64,000 nt of DNA, taken from contig JAKISG010000010.1 in the NCBI GenBank assembly GCA_021648755.1, forward strand, positions 7,017 to 71,016, in the 5' to 3' direction. The position numbers and the translations under genes are program-made. Each line of letters starts with the position of its first letter. The stretch's first letter is position 1. Below the pieces are notes generated by a model. It saw only the letters and a list, made by a program, of their open reading frames with translations, searched no databases and was not told where the DNA came from. Below, piece after piece: positions 29,696-36,142 of the stretch. Source of the DNA: Flavobacteriaceae bacterium. Its GTDB lineage: Bacteria; Bacteroidota; Bacteroidia; Flavobacteriales; Flavobacteriaceae.

Positions 29696-30397
29696 ATGAA
29701 AAAAATAATTATATTGATATTTTTTGGGTATTTGTTTTTTTGTTGCAAACAAAAAGATAATTTAACATTAAATCAATCAAACATTAGTAAACAAAAAGAT
29801 AGTACAAAAGAATATTCTTTCTCACAAAAAAAAGATTCAACTATTTTTATCCCAGAGTTTGCTCTAATAAAACCAAAATACCAATCTAATTTTCTAAAAT
29901 TGGATAAAAAAAATATTGAAAAATATCAAAAAATTCAATTAAAAATAGGTAACTTTTCGGATTTTTTTTTAGGAAATACTGATGAAAATGATATTATTGG
30001 TCACCCTGATATAGATTATGATGGATTTACTTTATGGCATACTACATTTAAAGATAGAATTGAAATAGCTTTTTTTGCAAAAAAAATATTAAAATATTAT
30101 GGTTTTTTTATTGAGAAAGATAAATTATTATTAGTTACTGAAACGACTAGAAGAAATAATATTAAAACAACAGACTCTATATTTTTTGAAAACAATCATA
30201 TTCTTTTATGGAAAAATTCATCAAACAAATTTGTAACTAACCCTAATATAATAAAAGGAAAAGAAAACTATATACTAAGATTGATTAAAGAGATGAAAGA
30301 AATAGAAAATAATGAAATAGGATATATTGAAGAATACAACTACACAAAAGACTCATTATCATCTTTTGTAATAGCGAACTTAAAAAAGCATAAATAG
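29696..30397 (+). CDS. Lipoprotein, candidate cognate immunity protein for CT1
   Basis: MKKIIILIFFGYLFFCCKQ is a lipoprotein-type signal with Cys. It starts 7 nt after the toxin stop. I recognise no family. ATG 29696 preferred over 29660, which overlaps the toxin gene. Confidence 0.65.
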   Translation: MKKIIILIFFGYLFFCCKQKDNLTLNQSNISKQKDSTKEYSFSQKKDSTIFIPEFALIKPKYQSNFLKLDKKNIEKYQKIQLKIGNFSDFFLGNTDENDIIGHPDIDYDGFTLWHTTFKDRIEIAFFAKKILKYYGFFIEKDKLLLVTETTRRNNIKTTDSIFFENNHILLWKNSSNKFVTNPNIIKGKENYILRLIKEMKEIENNEIGYIEEYNYTKDSLSSFVIANLKKHK

Positions 30398-30627
30398 AAC
30401 CTTAGAGAGGTGAACCAGTTATTAAACACAAAAAATGATTATGTAAGTACAACGCTTATTAAAGAAAAAGCCACCCCAAAAATAACCAAACTAGACACTA
30501 CCAAACTATGGTTACAAACCGAGTGTGATGATTGTAAAGAAAACGAAAAAAAGAAAGAATTTTTAAAAGAGAATTATTTTAAATTAAAAACGCCAGATAC
30601 TATTCATATTTATAGTGATGGGAAGAT
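30392..30627 (+). repeat. Junction repeat, copy 2 (5' end of the orphan toxin ORF)
   Basis: See copy 1. The single mismatch is AAG/AAC, giving EKEKKK versus ENEKKK. Confidence 0.9.
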
Positions 30628-31393
30628 GGATAAAGTGAATTTTAAAAATCTTCTTTTTGGAAAAAAATTAAAATATATTTATGTAGATAAGGATGGTAAT
30701 CACCATAAGGTTTGTGAATGTGAACTATATGAAACTTGGAAAATGGGTAGTGGAAAATCAGATAGTACACTTATTCCTTCTGCCACAGAAAAGGCGAGTG
30801 CAACAGTAATAGATTATGTTGCAATGGGAGTATCTGGAGTAGATGCTCATAAGACTTGGGTACTTACAAATAATGACGTATATACCAAAGGAGAATTAAT
30901 AGCTGGATACACACACCTATATTATAAAGCTTCAACTGAAAAAGTAGTTATGGTTACTATACCTAGTAATCTTAATTATAGAAAGAATGATTTAAATATA
31001 AAATTTGAATTTAAAAGAACATTAAGAAAATTTAGTAGTCCTGAAATTTTTGCAGCTTTCATTGGAGTTCTCGCAGAATGCTCATATGTTGATGTAGTTT
31101 CTGAAGGCTCATCATATAGAAACGGAAGTAGTTACCCAAGTAAAACACATAATAATGGATTTGCAATAGATACTTGGTATTTTGGGCCAAACAGAAACTC
31201 AACAACAGGTAAAGTAAACTCATTAGATTTAACAAAACAACAAGACTTTATGGATGCATTTAAAAAATTTGGTTTTGATGATAGAATAAAAGGGTCAGAT
31301 AATAAATGTTCAAACTTAACGAACTATACTTTAAAAAATGGAAATCATAATGGGCACTTACATTGCGGCAAGTTAAATCCAAATTATAAATAA
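30410..31393 (+). CDS. Orphan toxin cassette: junction segment plus diverged LAS/M15-like peptidase module (CT2), lacking the N-terminal delivery region
   Basis: 327 aa from a GTG start 12 nt after the previous stop. The frame opens only after TAG 30395-30397. Motifs PSKTHNNGFAID (H 31148, D 31169) and HLH (31355-31363). It has the same C-terminal tail PNYK as CT1. Confidence 0.65.
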   Translation: MNQLLNTKNDYVSTTLIKEKATPKITKLDTTKLWLQTECDDCKENEKKKEFLKENYFKLKTPDTIHIYSDGKMDKVNFKNLLFGKKLKYIYVDKDGNHHKVCECELYETWKMGSGKSDSTLIPSATEKASATVIDYVAMGVSGVDAHKTWVLTNNDVYTKGELIAGYTHLYYKASTEKVVMVTIPSNLNYRKNDLNIKFEFKRTLRKFSSPEIFAAFIGVLAECSYVDVVSEGSSYRNGSSYPSKTHNNGFAIDTWYFGPNRNSTTGKVNSLDLTKQQDFMDAFKKFGFDDRIKGSDNKCSNLTNYTLKNGNHNGHLHCGKLNPNYK

Positions 31394-31401
31394 TTAAAAT
31401 T

Positions 31402-32400
31402 ATGTTAAAACTTATTTCTATTATACTAATTATTTTCACCTCTTGTAAGGAGATAGATAATATGCATTCAAAAAAAAATGAATTAAATAATCATATTGCA
31501 AATAAAGATACAAATATTTCTTATGAAAAAACAGCATTCTTTGATACAATAAAACAATATCCTTTGCCTTTTGGTAAAAAATTAGTACTAACAAATTTTC
31601 CAGAAAAATGGGAATACCCTTCTATTTATGAAGAGGTAGATGACAGGAGAAAAGGAAAATATGAAATTATACTAAATTCTTTAAACTCATATTTAGATAA
31701 ATTTATGTATAAAACTTCTTTAAAAATCAATAAAGAAAAATACTCTTATAATTATTTTATAAATTCTGCAAATAAATATTTTAACTATTATGAAGATTAT
31801 ACTTTCTATAATGTTAGATGGAAAATTGAAGAAGTAAAAAATGTTTCTATTGGAAAAATTAAGAATTTTGTGAAAAATATAGAAGTCATTATTACTAAGA
31901 ACTCAACAAGTTCTAACTATTTAAACATTGTTACAATAGATTCGAAAAGAAACATTATTGATGGTATTAACATTGGGTATTCAGAGAATGTTTTTGAATT
32001 CTCACATTCAGGAAAATATTACTTCATTGATAGAAATAGAATTATTCATCTAAAATCTTTTCTTTCGCTTGAAACGGAAACTCGATTTCAGCGTTATGAA
32101 AAATATCAAATCCTTTCAACAGGAAAAATAGTACGTTATTTTAATAAAAATTCAGGTCAATTCAGTAGTAAAGAAGAAAGCGGAAATATACAAAATCATA
32201 CAAAAGAAGGCATATGGATAGAAACTAAACCCAATATGTATGTTGAAGAACATACCTATGTTAAAGCCAAATACAAAAAAGGACTCCCTTTTGGTATTTG
32301 GAGATACTATAATTTAATAAATAACACTAAAAAAGGAGACAAACTTCTAATGACAGAAGAATACGATAAAAATGGTAAATTATTAAAAAAAATGTTTTAA
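31402..32400 (+). CDS. Lipoprotein, candidate immunity protein for CT2 (C-terminal MORN/YwqK-like repeats)
   Basis: MLKLISIILIIFTSCKE lipobox. Starts 8 nt after the CT2 stop. Unrelated to the first lipoprotein. The C-terminus EGIWIE...YKKGLPFGIWRYYN...EEYDKNGKLL resembles MORN-variant repeats of YwqK-type immunity proteins (tentative). Confidence 0.6.
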   Translation: MLKLISIILIIFTSCKEIDNMHSKKNELNNHIANKDTNISYEKTAFFDTIKQYPLPFGKKLVLTNFPEKWEYPSIYEEVDDRRKGKYEIILNSLNSYLDKFMYKTSLKINKEKYSYNYFINSANKYFNYYEDYTFYNVRWKIEEVKNVSIGKIKNFVKNIEVIITKNSTSSNYLNIVTIDSKRNIIDGINIGYSENVFEFSHSGKYYFIDRNRIIHLKSFLSLETETRFQRYEKYQILSTGKIVRYFNKNSGQFSSKEESGNIQNHTKEGIWIETKPNMYVEEHTYVKAKYKKGLPFGIWRYYNLINNTKKGDKLLMTEEYDKNGKLLKKMF

Positions 32401-32407
32401 AATAATA

Positions 32408-32736
32408 AAAATAGAACCCTTTAAAAAATAAAAACCAGATATTGACAACAAAAAAGACTATGTAAGAACAAGTATCATAACAGAAAAAGCCACCCCAAAA
32501 ATAACCAAACTAGACACTACCAAACTATGGTTACCTGTAAAGAAAGCGAAAAAAAGAAAGAATTTTTAAAAGATAATTATTTTAATTTGAGAACGCCAGA
32601 TACTATTCATATTTATAGTGATGGGAAAATTAGTAAAACACCTCTAACATTATTAAAAAATATAAGATATGTTTATGTTGCTAATTTTGATAAAGATATT
32701 TACGCTTTTTATGCACCTAAAATCTACAAATGTTAA
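32408..32736 (+). pseudogene. Degenerate third junction/CT1-type cassette remnant
   Basis: It has the lead-in AAATAGAACCCTTTA and a 52-nt exact match to copy 1 (32483-32534). A 17-nt to 1-nt replacement at 32535 shifts the frame, giving a stop at 32567-32569. Homology to the CT1 5' part (ISKTPLTLLKNIRYVYVA) ends at 32683, and there is no peptidase module. The ORF-track ORF 32527-32736 starts at an out-of-frame ATG. Confidence 0.65.
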
Positions 32737-32891
32737 AGTTAGAGGCTATGTATTTTGGGTCAGATAATTGGTGAAAATGGCACCCTCTTTTAATTTTTTT
32801 TTCTTTTTAAATTCCTTTAAATCATCCAGGTGGTTTAAAAATGATATATAACACTTGGAATTAATTATATAAATCTAATTACATTTGCAAT

Positions 32892-33683
32892 ATGAACAAA
32901 AGATTTTTTTACATTATCCGAATGCAATTTTTAGGTTTCCGCTTTCATGGATGGCAAAAACAACAAGATGTAAAAACCTTACAAGGCCATGTAGAAAAAA
33001 CGTTAAAGTTTGTTTTAGGAAAAAGTAAAGCAAAAGTATTAGGTTCAGGAAGAACAGATGCTAAAGTATCTGCAAATGATTTTCCGATGGAGATGTTTGT
33101 CTACGAAGAAATAACAGATTTAAATCAATTTTTATTAGAATTTAATACCAATTTACCAAACGATATTAAGGCACTATCAATTATTGAAACTAATGAAGTA
33201 TTTAATATAATTAAGGACTCAAAAGTAAAAGAATATTTGTATTTTTTTTCATTTGGATCAAAAAATCACCCATTTGCTGCACCAATTCTAACCTGTTTTT
33301 ACGAAGATTTAAATTTAGAAGTTATGCAAAAAGGAGCAGCGCTTTTTCAAGGAAAACATTGGTTTAAACATTATTGTACTAAACCTACTGAGTTTGCAAA
33401 TTACAATCGTGAAATAACGCTTAGTGAAATTGTAGAAAACACGATTTATACGGCTAATTTTTTTCCAAAAAAATCGTATGTTTATCGAGTGAAAAGCAAA
33501 GGTTTTTTGCGTAATCAGATTCGTTTAATGATGGGTACACTTTTTAGATTAGGTCAAGGAGAAATAGCGTTAAGTTTTATAGAAAAATCATTAATAGAAC
33601 ATAATATTGATAGACCTTTACCGTTTGTTGCTCCAGCATCTGGTTTGATATTAAATAGCGTGGAATTTGAGTCATTAGGGTAA
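32892..33683 (+). CDS. truA: tRNA pseudouridine(38-40) synthase
   Basis: 263 aa with FHGWQKQ and GSGRTDAKVSA (catalytic Asp) motifs. Confidence 0.85.
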   Translation: MNKRFFYIIRMQFLGFRFHGWQKQQDVKTLQGHVEKTLKFVLGKSKAKVLGSGRTDAKVSANDFPMEMFVYEEITDLNQFLLEFNTNLPNDIKALSIIETNEVFNIIKDSKVKEYLYFFSFGSKNHPFAAPILTCFYEDLNLEVMQKGAALFQGKHWFKHYCTKPTEFANYNREITLSEIVENTIYTANFFPKKSYVYRVKSKGFLRNQIRLMMGTLFRLGQGEIALSFIEKSLIEHNIDRPLPFVAPASGLILNSVEFESLG

Positions 33684-33736
33684 AAAAAACAAGAAATCGT
33701 AAGTATAAAATAAAATTTAATAATTTATGAAAATTT

Positions 33737-34102
33737 ATGTCTAAAAAAGAAAAGTGGCTAAAAATTCAAACAAAAATATCCAACCAATTTGGTGGCGGAG
33801 AAGTTTTAAATATTGATGCAATAACTTATTTAATTGGTGTACAAGAATTAGGAAAAGGGCATCAAAAATTTAAAAAAGATGAAAAAATAGCATTAATGCA
33901 TATTGCAGTTTGTCGTTTGTTAGAACCTTACGGCTATTATGAATTTGATTATTTTGATGAAGACGGATGGCCGCATTACAACTTAATAAAAGAATTGCCT
34001 TTTTTAAAAAGTGGCGAACAAACTGTTTTATTAAAAGAAGCAATAGTATATTATTTTGAAAATACTCAGGTTCTATCTTCCAAAAAACAAGAAATTAATT
34101 AG
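33737..34102 (+). CDS. Hypothetical protein
   Basis: 121-aa ORF with protein-like composition. I recognise no motif. Confidence 0.5.
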   Translation: MSKKEKWLKIQTKISNQFGGGEVLNIDAITYLIGVQELGKGHQKFKKDEKIALMHIAVCRLLEPYGYYEFDYFDEDGWPHYNLIKELPFLKSGEQTVLLKEAIVYYFENTQVLSSKKQEIN

Positions 34103-34136
34103 TGCAAATACCTTTTGTTAATAACCTATAAAATTT

Positions 34137-35348
34137 GTGTCAAAAGAATATCTAATATCCGTAAAAGAAGTAACTAAAATTATTTTAGAGAACTTCGAAA
34201 ACTTTGGTGTCGAGAAAGTAAATTTTCAAAATACATTACATAGAGTTTTAAAAGAGCCTATTGTAGCAGACAGAGATTTTCCTCCATTTAACCGAGTTAG
34301 TATGGACGGAATTGCCATAGATTTTGATCAATTTCCTGGCCAAAAAAGTTTTACAATTGAAGGAGTTCAAGCGGCAGGCTCACCACAACTGTCTTTACAA
34401 AATAAAAAAAACTGTATTGAAACGATGACTGGCGCAATATTACCTAAAGGAACAAATGCCGTTATTCCTTACGAATTAATTATCATTAAAAATGATGTAG
34501 CAACCATAAACACTTCAGAAATAAAATATTTTCAAAACATACATAAACAAGCTAAAGATCGAAAAAAAAAGAATTTAATATTAACCAAAAATACACTAAT
34601 AAGTAGTGCAGATATTGGTGTTATAGCAACTGTTGGAAAACACGAAGTTACTGTGGCAAAACAGCCAAAGGTAATGATTATTTCTACAGGTGATGAATTA
34701 GTTGATGTTAACAAAACCCCACTAAATTACCAAATTAGACGTTCTAACGTTTATACCTTAGTTTCCCTTTTAGAAAATTTAAATATACAAGCAGCAACCA
34801 TTCATATTGCAGATGATAAAATAGCCTTAAAAAAAATAATCAAAGACTTATTAAATAACTATGATGTATTACTTTTTAGCGGGGCAGTTAGTAAAGGTAA
34901 ATTTGATTTTATACCAGAAATTTTAGATAAATTAGAAGTTAAAAAAATATTTCATAAAGTAAGCCAACGACCAGGAAAACCTTTTTGGTTTGGTAAAAAA
35001 GACAAAAAAACAATTTTTGCATTTCCAGGTAATCCTGTTTCTACTTATGTAAGTTGTTTGCGTTATTTTTATCCTTGGTATAAAAAATCAGTTGGATTAG
35101 ATTATAAAAATAACAACTACGCAGTTTTGGATCAAGATTATACTTTTAAACCAAATTTGACCTGCTTTTTACAAGTTAAATTAACTAATAGAGAAGGTAA
35201 AATATATGCAACTCCACTAATAGGGCATGGATCAGGTGATTTAGCTAACCTAGCAGATGTTGATGGTTTTTTAGAAATACCAAAAGGAAAAAATTTGTTT
35301 TTAAAAGGCGAAGTTTTTAATTACTTACCATTTAGACAGACTTTATAA
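34137..35348 (+). CDS. moeA: Molybdopterin molybdenumtransferase
   Basis: 403 aa with SMDGIAI, ISTGDELV and SGAVSKGKFDF motifs. GTG start. Confidence 0.85.
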   Translation: MSKEYLISVKEVTKIILENFENFGVEKVNFQNTLHRVLKEPIVADRDFPPFNRVSMDGIAIDFDQFPGQKSFTIEGVQAAGSPQLSLQNKKNCIETMTGAILPKGTNAVIPYELIIIKNDVATINTSEIKYFQNIHKQAKDRKKKNLILTKNTLISSADIGVIATVGKHEVTVAKQPKVMIISTGDELVDVNKTPLNYQIRRSNVYTLVSLLENLNIQAATIHIADDKIALKKIIKDLLNNYDVLLFSGAVSKGKFDFIPEILDKLEVKKIFHKVSQRPGKPFWFGKKDKKTIFAFPGNPVSTYVSCLRYFYPWYKKSVGLDYKNNNYAVLDQDYTFKPNLTCFLQVKLTNREGKIYATPLIGHGSGDLANLADVDGFLEIPKGKNLFLKGEVFNYLPFRQTL

Positions 35349-35416
35349 AGTAAAGAAAATAGACAAAATAGTAAACTTTATGAAAAACTTTGCGACCTTT
35401 GTGAGAAATAATAAAT

Positions 35417-35890
35417 ATGTCAGAATTCTCACACATAAATAAAAAAAATTATCCAAAAATGGTATATGTTGGTGCTAAAAAAATCACTAAACGAACCGCT
35501 ATTGCTAAAGCAGAAATGTTTTTAGGAAAAGAGATAATAGCTCATTTTAAAAATGATGAGTTAACTACTAAAAAAGGACCTGTTTTTCAAACTGCGATTA
35601 TTGCAGGAATACAAGCTGTAAAAAAAACATCAGAACTTATACCAATGTGTCACCCGTTACTAATTAATGGAGTTGATATTGATATTAGCATTATAGATAT
35701 CAAAAATATCGAAATAATTTGTAAAGTAGAAATCGAAGGTAAAACAGGTGTAGAAATGGAAGCTTTAACTGGCGTAAATATTACAGCATTAACTATTTAT
35801 GATATGTGTAAAAGTATTTCAAAAAACATATTAATAAAAGAGATAAAGTTACTTAAAAAAACAGGAGGTAAGAGTGATTTTAATATCTAA
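35417..35890 (+). CDS. moaC: Cyclic pyranopterin monophosphate synthase
   Basis: 157 aa with GAKKITKRTAIA and LIPMCHPL motifs. Confidence 0.92.
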   Translation: MSEFSHINKKNYPKMVYVGAKKITKRTAIAKAEMFLGKEIIAHFKNDELTTKKGPVFQTAIIAGIQAVKKTSELIPMCHPLLINGVDIDISIIDIKNIEIICKVEIEGKTGVEMEALTGVNITALTIYDMCKSISKNILIKEIKLLKKTGGKSDFNI

Positions 35891-36142
35891 TTTCATTCAA
35901 AATCAATAAAAAATTTGAGGATTTTATGAATCCAAAATTTTAAAGTTACACTTATTGATTGAATACTACGAAAAATAAATCAACTTCCAACGAATAATTC
36001 AGTCAAAAAATAAATGTGTCAATTAAAAATTGAGGCTTGATTTTAAATCAAATTTAGTACTATAATTTGAAAAAAGGAATCGGCTATAAGTTAGTGAACC
36101 CTAAGAAATTTATACTTTTCAGGGTAGTTAAGTATAATATTA

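Noticed and set aside
32527-32736. 69-aa ORF from the track, considered as a genuine small gene.
   Set aside because: It starts at an ATG that is out of frame in the intact junction copies (cta tgg). It consists of frameshifted junction sequence plus 18 unrelated codons, so it is better explained as a cassette remnant.
34103-34136. Possible Moco riboswitch upstream of moeA/moaC, or a preQ1 element upstream of queD (16154-16167).
   Set aside because: The intergenic spacers are only 14-34 nt, too short for either riboswitch, and no conserved motif is visible.
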